From a virus, in the IMG/VR virus record IMGVR_UViG_3300008952_000015, positions 64,566 through 128,565 of that record: a stretch of DNA of 64,000 nt. The stretch is one strand, 5' to 3'. Each line of letters starts with the position of its first letter. Position 1 is the first letter of the stretch. The position numbers and the translations under genes were made by a program. Of the stretch, positions 29,275 through 38,482 are shown piece after piece. The notes under the pieces are model-generated. The model did not search any database. It worked only from the letters and a program-made list of their open reading frames with translations, and had not been told where the DNA came from.

Positions 29275-30411
29275 TTACTCGTAATCTCTTACGCTAATTC
29301 CAACGGGAAACCTTGGCCTACCATCATCAGTAAGCTCTTGATATTTAACCGTTAAATCCTTACCTATATAAGAGTTAAGATTCTTGTATATCTCAGCCCT
29401 GTCTTCGTGAGTTCCCTTTGGTCTAACGTCAAACTCAAGCCCGTCAGCAGTTACGCATCTAAAGATAACAAGGCCAGTCTCTCTGCCAGTGCCATCTTTT
29501 CCTCCGATAATCTTAAACTCATTATCGACAAACCTCTTTACCTTCTGTAAATCATAAGAGCGATGCTTATATTTGTAGGGACTATTTTGATTGCGAACCA
29601 TCATTCCCTCATAGCCATCGCCAATAAATCTTGATTCATAAAGATCAAATTCCTCTTGATTTTCAATGTCAACCGTTTCTACAAACTTAATGTTATCAAT
29701 AAGTCCGATATGCCCGTTCCATTCTTTGCAATACGCCGGAAACATAGTGGTACACATAGTTCTCTTGGGAATCCTATCTTCAAAGGAAAGGCTTGGGTGT
29801 GGACTGTCATAAATATGATACTCCAAGAGGTCTGTATCGGCTCTCTTTTTCTTAACCGCAGAGATAATTCTTTGAAAGGTCCAGTCGTGAACATATATTT
29901 CTCCGTCTACACACTGACCTTCGCTTAGCATTACCCCTAATTGAGTAGCGATTTTATCTGGAATATCCATTTCCTTGCCCTTTCTAGACCACATCAGTAT
30001 ATTGCCATCTTCTTTCTTGGCAATCATCCTGACTCCATCCAATTTAGGCTGAACCCAACATGGAAACTTAATCTTCGCACTATGCTTATCGTATCTGTGG
30101 GCAAGCATAGGAAGGAATAACCCGTCAGATGCAGATGGAATCTTGCTCTTATCCTCTACATACCCTGAGTCTTTCTTGCGACTATGGGCAGACTTAGCCT
30201 CAGACAATGCTTGTTCATAGGGAGAAGTTTCATTGGCTCTGCCAATATTTTTTCCTTCCTCTATATAGCGTTGATCAAGCTGCTTCTTGCCATCTTCATA
30301 GCCATGCTCGGTTTCGATATAGCAGGTTCCATCGGCCATTTTAAGAACCGAGATATTCCACTCCTTAATCTTACCGTTAGTGGATCTTCCATACAGCGTA
30401 GATAAACTCAT
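29275..30411 (-). CDS. lig: ATP-dependent DNA ligase
   Basis: PMLA, KLDGVR (motif I), DGEIY, EGMMVR, KVK and RFPV motifs. Confidence 0.93.
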   Translation of the reverse strand: MSLSTLYGRSTNGKIKEWNISVLKMADGTCYIETEHGYEDGKKQLDQRYIEEGKNIGRANETSPYEQALSEAKSAHSRKKDSGYVEDKSKIPSASDGLFLPMLAHRYDKHSAKIKFPCWVQPKLDGVRMIAKKEDGNILMWSRKGKEMDIPDKIATQLGVMLSEGQCVDGEIYVHDWTFQRIISAVKKKRADTDLLEYHIYDSPHPSLSFEDRIPKRTMCTTMFPAYCKEWNGHIGLIDNIKFVETVDIENQEEFDLYESRFIGDGYEGMMVRNQNSPYKYKHRSYDLQKVKRFVDNEFKIIGGKDGTGRETGLVIFRCVTADGLEFDVRPKGTHEDRAEIYKNLNSYIGKDLTVKYQELTDDGRPRFPVGISVRDYE

Positions 30412-30606
30412 CTATTCCTCCTCTTCAACATAGCCTAAAACCGTTAACAATATAATTCCATCATCAACACCAGATACTTCCCAGGAAATGCCCTGAAGAT
30501 AAGGCTCTCCGGTTAAGTCACAAAGATGATCATTAAAATCATCAATAGTCGTACCAACAACATCGTCGAAATCTATTTCAACAACTTTCTTTACATCATA
30601 AGTCAT
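30412..30606 (-). CDS. Small acidic protein
   Basis: 64-aa ORF abutting the ligase start. Confidence 0.55.
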   Translation of the reverse strand: MTYDVKKVVEIDFDDVVGTTIDDFNDHLCDLTGEPYLQGISWEVSGVDDGIILLTVLGYVEEEE

Positions 30607-30719
30607 GTGCTTATTTCCCTTTGAAAAGATTTATAGCAAAGAGATTGTAGAAAACAACCGCTGAAAAACCTGAACTAAAAATAATACAGGCTAAGATAGC
30701 TGCTTCATATAGAACTTGC

Positions 30720-30956
30720 TTACTCAAACCTAAATCCTTCTTCAAGCTTTTCAGTAGGTATTCTGAGCGCCATATAAACCTTGTCATTACGATTGACCAG
30801 AACCCCTTTTTGTGCGGGACGATAAGCAAATACTTCGTTATCCCACTTCAAAAGGCTCCATTCAAGGCGACTAAATAAGACGCTTTTAATGTGAATCCCC
30901 AAGGTTAATCCTGCTATAAAAAGAATTATACCAAGCATTACTGACATTTCAATCAC
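30720..30956 (-). CDS. Small membrane protein
   Basis: N-terminal TM helix. Confidence 0.5.
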   Translation of the reverse strand: MIEMSVMLGIILFIAGLTLGIHIKSVLFSRLEWSLLKWDNEVFAYRPAQKGVLVNRNDKVYMALRIPTEKLEEGFRFE

Positions 30957-31422
30957 CTAAATCCATTCCATATTCAAAATTTACAGTTGTAGCGTTTACT
31001 CTATATTCTTTTGCGTTATTTTTCACATGAAATCTTCTCGCCATCTTTGTAATGGGAGATAGAGTTACGACACGCCTTATTGAAGGCTTCGTCTTAGCCA
31101 TACTTATTACTCTCTTAACGATCTCTTTCCCAGCTCCAGCCTGATAACTCCATACAGTATAAGGTACTGCTATAGGTCCATCAACACATGAAAGCGTATC
31201 CAGTGATTCTATATCATATGGAACTTCTAATGTTCTAGCTAAACATAAAAATGCTGCATAAAAATCACTATCATCGACTAAGGCAAAGACTTTTCTGCCA
31301 GATGAAACTCGGAATCCCCTTGGTAATTCTGGCCTTACAGGGTCTTTCCCTTCCCACAATCGAGGGCTGTCTGTAACATCATTAACCGTGTGATTCTCAT
31401 AGCTTATTCTCTTTCGGGTCAC
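30949..31422 (-). CDS. GNAT-like phage protein
   Basis: DPVRP, YTVWSYQAGAG and VTLSP...ARRFHVKN motifs. Confidence 0.6.
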   Translation of the reverse strand: MTRKRISYENHTVNDVTDSPRLWEGKDPVRPELPRGFRVSSGRKVFALVDDSDFYAAFLCLARTLEVPYDIESLDTLSCVDGPIAVPYTVWSYQAGAGKEIVKRVISMAKTKPSIRRVVTLSPITKMARRFHVKNNAKEYRVNATTVNFEYGMDLGD

Positions 31423-31497
31423 ACTACCCTCCGATACAAAAAGGTTTCCTCTACATTATAACCGATGTAGAATTTTTTTTAATTAAATTATGCCTTG

Positions 31498-32661
31498 CTA
31501 CAGAAGGCCTCTTATCTTCGACACATATTCCTTTGCTACGCGGGAAGGCATATGAACCCCGTCGCACTTAGAGCAGACGTAACCAGACTTAATCTCCCTG
31601 CCGCCTATAATTTGAGGCTTATCAAACCTTATATGTTTATAAGGATCAATGAAAGTCCACCCTTGAGCCTCAACCAAGGGTCTTACAAAATCATTATCTG
31701 AGCTTCTTTTGTCATATCGGGCAAGGAAGCTTTTGTCTGACCTTTGAAACTTATAATTACTGCCCCTTTTTCTCACCGGAGGCGGGGTTCCACTCCATAT
31801 CACAGGAGCCTTTGAGTACGAAGAAATTAAGCTTATCAGGGTTTCAGTGCCACCTGTTCCATTACCGCCTAAAGAAATTATTATCTTAGTTGGACCTTTT
31901 TCTAAGAGGCTAATTAGTTTTGCATTGGTTGCCCAATGAGAAGCTCTTGTAGAGCGTTTTGCAAGTCTAATTTTCTCCCCACTACCTGCGGCCATAAGAG
32001 CGTTTCCAAGGGTCCATGCCATCTGACTATCCCCAAGGTAAAGGGTAAAGTCACCCTTTGTAATTCGTGGCCCTGTACCATGTTCCTTGCTGCCCTTATC
32101 GGGGTAGGATTCGATTAGCTCTAAGGTATCTTCGTTTACTAGATCATCAATTTCTCCTGAGTATTTTCCGTCCGATTTAGCTTTCTCTTTAAATGCAATT
32201 ACTGCTGATTTGGTTTCTCTTCCAAAAAGACCATCTACGCCAAATCTCGGCAGATCAAACCCAGCTCTCACTAATGCTTTTTGCAGCCGTTCTACTGCGC
32301 CCTTATTTTTTGAGTTAACCTTTAATAAAAGGCCTTCATCAAAATCTTCTGATTCAGACGAAGACCCCTTTGGCGGCGGTCTTTCTTTGGAAAGGGAAAT
32401 CGGTGGAGACTCAGATGCCTCTGGCTTTGTATCAGAAGTAGGCTCAGGATTCAAAGGAGGGCTATAACTTACGCTCTCTCCCGTTATCTCTCTTAGTTCT
32501 GCTCGTAGCTTCTCAGCCTTTTCTGCATCTCCGATAGGCGCAGCGTTTTTGAGGATCAAGTCTCCGCTAAGCAAAAGGACTTTATCGGACTCTTTAAGAA
32601 GACCTCTCTCCCTCAATACTGCGGCTAACCTATTTAGCTTTTTGTCGAAGAAATTACTCAT
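31498..32661 (-). CDS. Helical tag + peptidoglycan-binding domain + SGNH/GDSL hydrolase
   Basis: KKLNRLAAVLRERGLLKES tag; VERLQKAL...VDGLFGRETKSAV..F (PG_binding_1); GDSQ, GGN and DGVH catalytic motifs. Confidence 0.8.
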   Translation of the reverse strand: MSNFFDKKLNRLAAVLRERGLLKESDKVLLLSGDLILKNAAPIGDAEKAEKLRAELREITGESVSYSPPLNPEPTSDTKPEASESPPISLSKERPPPKGSSSESEDFDEGLLLKVNSKNKGAVERLQKALVRAGFDLPRFGVDGLFGRETKSAVIAFKEKAKSDGKYSGEIDDLVNEDTLELIESYPDKGSKEHGTGPRITKGDFTLYLGDSQMAWTLGNALMAAGSGEKIRLAKRSTRASHWATNAKLISLLEKGPTKIIISLGGNGTGGTETLISLISSYSKAPVIWSGTPPPVRKRGSNYKFQRSDKSFLARYDKRSSDNDFVRPLVEAQGWTFIDPYKHIRFDKPQIIGGREIKSGYVCSKCDGVHMPSRVAKEYVSKIRGLL

Positions 32662-32716
32662 ATCATAACTATGTTTATTAATAGTAAAAACGCAAAAAGC
32701 AGAGACAAAGCCTCTG

Positions 32717-33067
32717 CTAAAATTGCGCCTCTTGACGTATATCATCAAATACAGGCCAACTATTATTTATAAGGTCATCTACCCAAGAGACTACTTTATT
32801 CGTCTTGCCTCCTATGTGCCACTCTCTTATGTCGCATAAGTCCAGACCACCTTCTCCAAGGTAGTTCTTTCCATCTTTCCAGTTATATATCGTTGCTATA
32901 GAGCCATCCTCAAACTCTATAACCCATTCTGCATCAGACTTATAGTTATCAAAACCCTCGCATGGTGGTCCTAACTTTTCAAGTATCTCGCTATAACTAG
33001 CGTTTATCTCACCTTGCAAACAGGTTCCAGAGCAACAAGCCTCGTTTATAGAAGCGACTTTAGGCAT
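32717..33067 (-). CDS. Conserved phage protein (paralogue of 61291-61611)
   Basis: YKSDAEW...TIYNWK...WHIGG versus YKVSGEY...TLYDWK...FNIGG. Confidence 0.7.
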   Translation of the reverse strand: MPKVASINEACCSGTCLQGEINASYSEILEKLGPPCEGFDNYKSDAEWVIEFEDGSIATIYNWKDGKNYLGEGGLDLCDIREWHIGGKTNKVVSWVDDLINNSWPVFDDIRQEAQF

Positions 33068-33263
33068 AGATAACTCCTTACAGAAGAATGGTGAGCAAAA
33101 ATACTGAAGCGCCAAGGCTCACCAGTATCTTTAGAAAGTTAATATCATCCTCATCAAAGTATTTTCTCATAGCTTCTCCTTATATTATGAGAGTTTAGGT
33201 GGAGGTGGGTCAAAGATATATGATTGCTCATAATCTGGATATTGATTAAATAAATTATCATAA

Positions 33264-33494
33264 TTATCCACAGGGTTCACCAATTCCTTCAAAGTTGTAG
33301 TTTCCGACTCTAATTGCCTCTGCTTCTGCGCTTCTAGCTTCTTCGTAGTCATCACGCTCTTCCTCCTTGCTCTTACATTTCATGCAGATAAGCTTAACTG
33401 AATACATAGACATAATTCTGCTGCCTGTCTCTTTATAGCAGCGTTGGCATAATTCGGCCCAAACAGGCTCGCTATGATCATTGTAGTGATTCAT
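33264..33494 (-). CDS. Small Zn-finger protein
   Basis: CQRC...CMKC motifs. Confidence 0.6.
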   Translation of the reverse strand: MNHYNDHSEPVWAELCQRCYKETGSRIMSMYSVKLICMKCKSKEEERDDYEEARSAEAEAIRVGNYNFEGIGEPCG

Positions 33495-33516
33495 TCTTCA
33501 CTCTCTTCAAAAGTTA

Positions 33517-33690
33517 TTACTCTTCAGCTTGAGCGTCTTGCTGAACAACATCAGTTACGTCTTGCTGAACAACATCAGTTACGTCTTGCTGAACAACTCT
33601 TTCAGAAGCACTATTGCCAAGGCATCCTCCAAAGTATGCGCCAGCTGCGCCAATTAAAACCGCTGCAATTAAAGTCATTAAAATTTTCAT
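33517..33690 (-). CDS. Small lipoprotein with VVQQDVTD repeats
   Basis: Manual translation MKILMTLIAAVLIGAAGAYFGGC...VVQQDVTD x2.6; GGAG RBS. Confidence 0.65.
   Translation of the reverse strand: MKILMTLIAAVLIGAAGAYFGGCLGNSASERVVQQDVTDVVQQDVTDVVQQDAQAEE
33534..33597. repeat. 24-bp tandem repeat (~2.7 copies)
   Basis: CGTCTTGCTGAACAACATCAGTTA repeated. Confidence 0.95.
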
Positions 33691-33721
33691 TACTCTCTCC
33701 TATTATTTATTGAATTAAAAA

Positions 33722-33964
33722 TTATCTCGGAGCAAAAGATGCTGTTGCAAACCACATATCAGGCGGGTTCGATTCATATCTGATGCTTTCAACCAAGTAT
33801 CTTGTTGTACCATCATCCTGCTTTAAAAGCAAAAAATCACCACTTTTAATTCCAGAGCACCAGCCAACAAGGTCTACGCTCATACCTCCGTCACGAAGCT
33901 CCATGATGTTGTAATTGCATCCCCAAGATTTTCTCGATATATCATGCGTCATTACTCGCTCCAC
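33722..33964 (-). CDS. Hypothetical protein
   Basis: 80-aa ORF within the operon. Confidence 0.55.
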   Translation of the reverse strand: MERVMTHDISRKSWGCNYNIMELRDGGMSVDLVGWCSGIKSGDFLLLKQDDGTTRYLVESIRYESNPPDMWFATASFAPR

Positions 33965-34188
33965 TTTTCATATAGTTCTAGCTCATCAGAATCCATTTCA
34001 TATGGATCAACATAGTCAATCTCTCTGCCCTTAGAGAGTTGTGTATCAACTATGTCTACAATCTCATAATCAGTAATCTGGCTATGATCAAAAGAGTAAT
34101 CTAAGTCTTGAACAATCTCCTGAATAGACTCTTCTGTTTGACCGTCCTCTAAATAAAGCTTAACGTGCAAATATACATAGCTACTCAT
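33952..34188 (-). CDS. Hypothetical acidic protein
   Basis: 78-aa ORF within the operon. Confidence 0.55.
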   Translation of the reverse strand: MSSYVYLHVKLYLEDGQTEESIQEIVQDLDYSFDHSQITDYEIVDIVDTQLSKGREIDYVDPYEMDSDELELYEKWSE

Positions 34189-34898
34189 CGGGTAATCTCC
34201 AGTGCCTTCTTTTCCTTTTTAGAAAGAGTTTTAACTCTAACGTACTGTCCTCTAATTACTCGCTCTCCAATTATATCGACAATCCAGCTTTGATTCTCAT
34301 AAGACACAAAGGCTAGGCCATCAAAATCACTCGGCCATCCTTCTAAGGATGCCTTAAACCAAGTCCCATCTGTTGCTCTTCTAATATAGAAAACAGAATC
34401 ATCACCAGTCTTGATGAGATTAGGGTTATCTTTTTCTTTATTCCAAGGTGGACGTTTTTCTTTCGGCTCTTTAAGAATACCGTTCTTATCTACATAAAAA
34501 GTCCGACCATTACGATAAAGAGGGGTTAGGCCCCAGCCAACCCCATGTGGTTTTCCGTTTTTAAAAACAGGATGAAGCTCAACATAATCAAACAAATGTT
34601 GAAAGATATGATCTTGAACGACCCCTCTGCGGTCCATATTTTCACAAATTTCTGAATAAACCTTGTTCCAAGGTCTATTGCAGTTCTTTGCCAGATACCG
34701 AACAAGAGGATTTAAGTATTCATTAAGCTCTTTTCTTCCCCACCAATTTCTGTCTTTGGGCTTCATAGAAGAGTAGCTAGGAAGGTCGTCATAACTGCCT
34801 TCTCTCTCCAGCCTTCTACTCTTTTTTACCTCACCATTTTTTCGACTGCTACCAATGCGAGGAGTAGTGACCAGAACTTTATCCATATCTTTACGCAT
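34185..34898 (-). CDS. Conserved hypothetical protein
   Basis: MRKDMDKVL...ELNEYLNPLVRYL..RPWNKVYSEIC. Confidence 0.65.
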   Translation of the reverse strand: MRKDMDKVLVTTPRIGSSRKNGEVKKSRRLEREGSYDDLPSYSSMKPKDRNWWGRKELNEYLNPLVRYLAKNCNRPWNKVYSEICENMDRRGVVQDHIFQHLFDYVELHPVFKNGKPHGVGWGLTPLYRNGRTFYVDKNGILKEPKEKRPPWNKEKDNPNLIKTGDDSVFYIRRATDGTWFKASLEGWPSDFDGLAFVSYENQSWIVDIIGERVIRGQYVRVKTLSKKEKKALEITR

Positions 34899-34907
34899 GT
34901 CTAATCC

Positions 34908-35174
34908 CTAGTGATTGTCTACGCTAAGTTGCTGAATACTGAAGAACTCAGTGTCTCCTGATAGCTCAGTCCACGCTTCCCATAGGTCATCGTCGCTCAG
35001 ATGAGAAGTGTCTTCTCCCCATTCTTTTGCCGTATCTCTCATTAATGCTGTGCCAGCAATACGGGCTTTTTCATGTGAGCTATATAAGGATAAGTCATGC
35101 CCATGTTTATGATCGTAGACCAATAGCCAGAACGTGTCTCTATACAGTGCGTTTGCTAATTGCCAACGATTCAT
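34908..35174 (-). CDS. Hypothetical protein
   Basis: 88-aa ORF with HKHG motif. Confidence 0.55.
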   Translation of the reverse strand: MNRWQLANALYRDTFWLLVYDHKHGHDLSLYSSHEKARIAGTALMRDTAKEWGEDTSHLSDDDLWEAWTELSGDTEFFSIQQLSVDNH

Positions 35175-35378
35175 TTATATATCCTAATGAAGTGTTCTAT
35201 TAAAGTTAGCAAAGTATTCAGAAGCCTCTTTCAAGCCTTCAGCTATAGCATCCCTTGTTACTGAGTCAGTCAACTCTAGCTCAGTATACATACACTCATC
35301 TAGAATCACCTTTACTATCCATCCACTAATATCGGATGCTAAATTCTTATTATCCTCAGTCATACTTACCTCGTTAAA

Positions 35379-35456
35379 TGGTCGGCTGACCGAGACTCGA
35401 ACTCGGAACCCTCTGTTTATGAGACAGACGCTCTAACCTGATTGAGCTATCAGCCG
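35379..35456 (-). tRNA. tRNA with CAT anticodon (elongator Met or Ile2)
   Basis: Anticodon arm TCTGT-CTCATAA-ACAGA; paired 1-72, so not an initiator; encoded CCA. Confidence 0.93.
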
Positions 35457-35903
35457 ATATGTTTTATTTTATATCGAATTGAAACCAGTAATAACCGTCT
35501 TCAAACTCAAGCTCTTCATCTATTACAGTCTGCCCTACAATATAAGAGAGAGCCTCTGCAATATAAGGCCCATCATGGTAGTCTTTAAGCGGAACCTTTG
35601 GAGTAGGAAACTCAAGCCACATAACCTTCTTATCGTTCTTCATCAGAATATCTCTCGACTTCTTCAACAGTTGTATAAAAGCCTTCTCCGTCAATTCTAT
35701 AAGAAGCGCGTACAGCTTTAGATTTATTCTCAAATTTATACGCTTGTTCCAAGTTACCCCACATAGACCAAGGAAAGAATGTGGTTGTTCCCACATAGAA
35801 CCTTTCGTCCCATGAGACTCCTGACCGTTCTAATACATACATAGTTACTCCTGTCTGCATATAACCGATGAAGAAAATCTTTTACAAAAGTAGTCTACAG
35901 CCT

Positions 35904-36146
35904 TTATTTAGGCTGCTTGGAGAGATATAGGTTTATCTTGCTCCATAAGGTCTTAAACGAATCAGTGGGCCTGACTCCAGCTTTTCTCTTTAGCTTTCTA
36001 AACTTTCTTCTTATAAGTCTTTTTTGAAGTTTGTTATATCCGTCAAACGAATCTTTGCCCGTTTCTTTATTATGTCGCCACAGGTCTTTGGGCAAAACTC
36101 CATAGAGTGTTTGGAGTATATAGGCTTCGGAATTATCATCGCTCAC
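35904..36146 (-). CDS. Small basic protein
   Basis: RRKFRKLKRK; GAGG RBS. Confidence 0.55.
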   Translation of the reverse strand: MSDDNSEAYILQTLYGVLPKDLWRHNKETGKDSFDGYNKLQKRLIRRKFRKLKRKAGVRPTDSFKTLWSKINLYLSKQPK

Positions 36147-36164
36147 ATTAAAGCCTCAATTCCA

Positions 36165-36376
36165 TAAGAAGGATTACTAGCTACCTTTCGGCAAAAGTAG
36201 TGTTCATCTGTTTAATATTATAGAAGACCCATGAAACGTAGTGGCAAACGAATCATTTGACCGAGCTTTTTCATTATTATGCTTAACGCCACAACTTGTA
36301 TATTACCGTTACTTATATGTTTCGGCAATACGTTTCTGAAACCCACCCTCTCTAAAAAGACAACCAAACCTTCTTA
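36165..36376 (-). ncRNA. Candidate structured ncRNA
   Basis: ORF-free; nested complementary segments TAAGAAGG/CCTTCTTA, GAAACGTA/TACGTTTC and GTGGC/GCCAC; lies directly downstream of a tRNA. Confidence 0.45.
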
Positions 36377-36431
36377 GAGAAACTTCAGAATTCCTCTCCA
36401 ACAAGTGTTGAGCGACAACACTGAATTAAAA

Positions 36432-36509
36432 TGGTAGGGCTAGTAGGACTCGAACCTACAACCGTTCCGTTATGAGCGGAAAGCTCTAACCAGATTGAGC
36501 TATAGCCCC
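36432..36509 (-). tRNA. tRNA with CAT anticodon (probable Ile2, lysidine-modified)
   Basis: Anticodon arm TTCCG-CTCATAA-CGGAA; encoded CCA; tilS in the same window. Confidence 0.93.
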
Positions 36510-36520
36510 ATAAATAATAG

Positions 36521-36760
36521 TTATAAATCTTGTCCGAGACTTGCTGGAACATAACTCTGTATGCAGCTAGACATCAGGTGATCGGGACTTAATTCTGGAA
36601 CAGCAATCTCTTGAGCGTTACTATACATAACTATAGAGCCTCCATTAGAGTCTGATCTAACGCTAATGATTTGCGATACAGAAATAAAAGTTACATTCTT
36701 GTCTTTCGACCCAAGAATGTTTGAATGTGTCTCAATTCTTAAAAAAAGTTCCATGAACAT
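36521..36760 (-). CDS. Small beta-rich protein
   Basis: FISVSQIISV; promoter motif at 36775. Confidence 0.55.
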   Translation of the reverse strand: MFMELFLRIETHSNILGSKDKNVTFISVSQIISVRSDSNGGSIVMYSNAQEIAVPELSPDHLMSSCIQSYVPASLGQDL

Positions 36761-36804
36761 ACTCCTTCAAAACGATATAACCGATGTAGAAAAATTTTGT
36801 ATTT

Positions 36805-37962
36805 TTATAATACTGATTTTATAAGATTAATATACCTAGATATATTCTTTGGGTTATCAGGAGAGTGGTTCCAAATCATTTCTTCACATCCGTTGTTGTA
36901 TATGCGTAACTCTTTCGGACTAAGAGTCTCATGCCGAAGGGCCTCCTTCAGCTTCTCCTTGCCGTCTAAGACATTGTTTTCTTTGTAGTAATACCCGTAA
37001 CTTGATAACGCTTCTGAGTTATGAACGAATGGATACCCTTTAAGTGCAAATTCAAAATATGTATAGTTAAGGGAGTTCAATATCTGGTGGCTCACCAAAA
37101 CTCTGGCCTTGTTCGCAAAAATATCTATCATAGGCTCTCTATCCTCTAAGGACAATATATTATCCTCAAACACCTTTAGGTGATTTAATCTGTTTTTTAA
37201 AACCTTCCCATTCTTGCCGTTTTTTATACGCTTTGAGTTGAAGACAAATCCCTTCTCTATTAGATCTGGAACTTCTCTGTAGGCCTCATTTATCATCATT
37301 ATTGGTATTAAGTTTGTTTTAAGAAAGGCTATGCTAGGCTCAACACATGCCACTGATCTATTTCTCTTGTCATTCTTTTTGAATGTCAGATCATATTTTT
37401 CTCCAAACTTCTTTTTATAAAGCATTGAATATATATTTATAAAAAATGGATTCCATATATAAGGACATTGTTTCGCCTTATCTTCTGACACCCCAGATGC
37501 TAATGATATATACTGTTTTTGAAACTCAAAATGTGGACTATACAAAAGAAGATCCGGAGGCACCTCGTAGGTAACTCTAAGCCATTCATGTAAATCATAG
37601 ACAGGCTTAAGGTCTAGCGAATATTGAACAAAGGTTTCTAGGTCTGAACATAGGTTATTCCCATACTTTATAAGAATTAGCTTGACTCCATTTGCCCTTA
37701 AAACCTTGGCCTCTTCGTTGCTCACAGAGTATGCAATTTGTATGACTATATCTTGCTTTTTTAACAGCTCTATATTATGCTGAAAGGCTTTAACTCCCAT
37801 TATATCTGTAGTCTTACATGGGTCTTTCGATACCAGGTTAACTTCAAACTCATTGCTTTTATCAAGCATTTTTGCTAAAGACCATGCGTTTTGATATAAA
37901 CCATTTTTAAAGAAAGAATTTAAATTGGTGTTTCCCAATATGGTTACTTTTATTTTATTCAC
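36805..37962 (-). CDS. DUF2827-like / glycosyltransferase-fold protein
   Basis: NGLYQN, PYIW, EPSI..KT..IP and VSHQILNSLNYTYFE...YPFVHNS motifs. Confidence 0.7.
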   Translation of the reverse strand: MNKIKVTILGNTNLNSFFKNGLYQNAWSLAKMLDKSNEFEVNLVSKDPCKTTDIMGVKAFQHNIELLKKQDIVIQIAYSVSNEEAKVLRANGVKLILIKYGNNLCSDLETFVQYSLDLKPVYDLHEWLRVTYEVPPDLLLYSPHFEFQKQYISLASGVSEDKAKQCPYIWNPFFINIYSMLYKKKFGEKYDLTFKKNDKRNRSVACVEPSIAFLKTNLIPIMMINEAYREVPDLIEKGFVFNSKRIKNGKNGKVLKNRLNHLKVFEDNILSLEDREPMIDIFANKARVLVSHQILNSLNYTYFEFALKGYPFVHNSEALSSYGYYYKENNVLDGKEKLKEALRHETLSPKELRIYNNGCEEMIWNHSPDNPKNISRYINLIKSVL

Positions 37963-38453
37963 TAGAATTCCTTAGTATTCTTTAGAAGATTATACAATCT
38001 ACCTGGAGGTATTCTTGGCGTATCATAAAGCTTTAGCTGCCCCCACGTTAAGACTCTAGACACAGATAGAGCATAGGCGACCCATTCGCTGCAATACCAT
38101 TTATTAGGGAATCTTACTTTGAATGGCGTTAGGTGAGAAATTATCATCCCCAACCAATCGTAGCCTTGTCCTCTTGTGCTTTCTATAAAACTTCTTAGTG
38201 AGTCAAGTTGTTTTTCTGTTACAGCTATATCAACAAAGTCCCAATCTGTTTTCGGAAAGTTCCAATCTGCTTTCTGTATTCCTCCAAGGCTTTTCGTTCT
38301 GATTACCGGATGATCTGGAGGGGTTATGCCTGTCATAGTTCCATTGGGCATAATGAGTTCTACATGACTATAGGGACTATCTGTCCACCACCTTACAATC
38401 CTATCCCTTCTAAGCCCCTCACCCTTGTAAAATGCTATCGTTATATCGCTCAC
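37962..38453 (-). CDS. Permuted papain-like NlpC/P60 (YiiX/YebB-like) enzyme
   Basis: YSHVEL before YDW and WYCSE (His before Cys). Confidence 0.8.
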   Translation of the reverse strand: MSDITIAFYKGEGLRRDRIVRWWTDSPYSHVELIMPNGTMTGITPPDHPVIRTKSLGGIQKADWNFPKTDWDFVDIAVTEKQLDSLRSFIESTRGQGYDWLGMIISHLTPFKVRFPNKWYCSEWVAYALSVSRVLTWGQLKLYDTPRIPPGRLYNLLKNTKEF

Positions 38454-38482
38454 TAATCACCCCTATCTATTTTGTTTTATAG

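Noticed and set aside
33474-33713. Plus-strand ORF with RLAEQHQL repeats, or a CRISPR-like 24-bp repeat
   Set aside because: The repeats are contiguous with no spacers and are explained by the minus-strand lipoprotein (VVQQDVTD), which has an RBS
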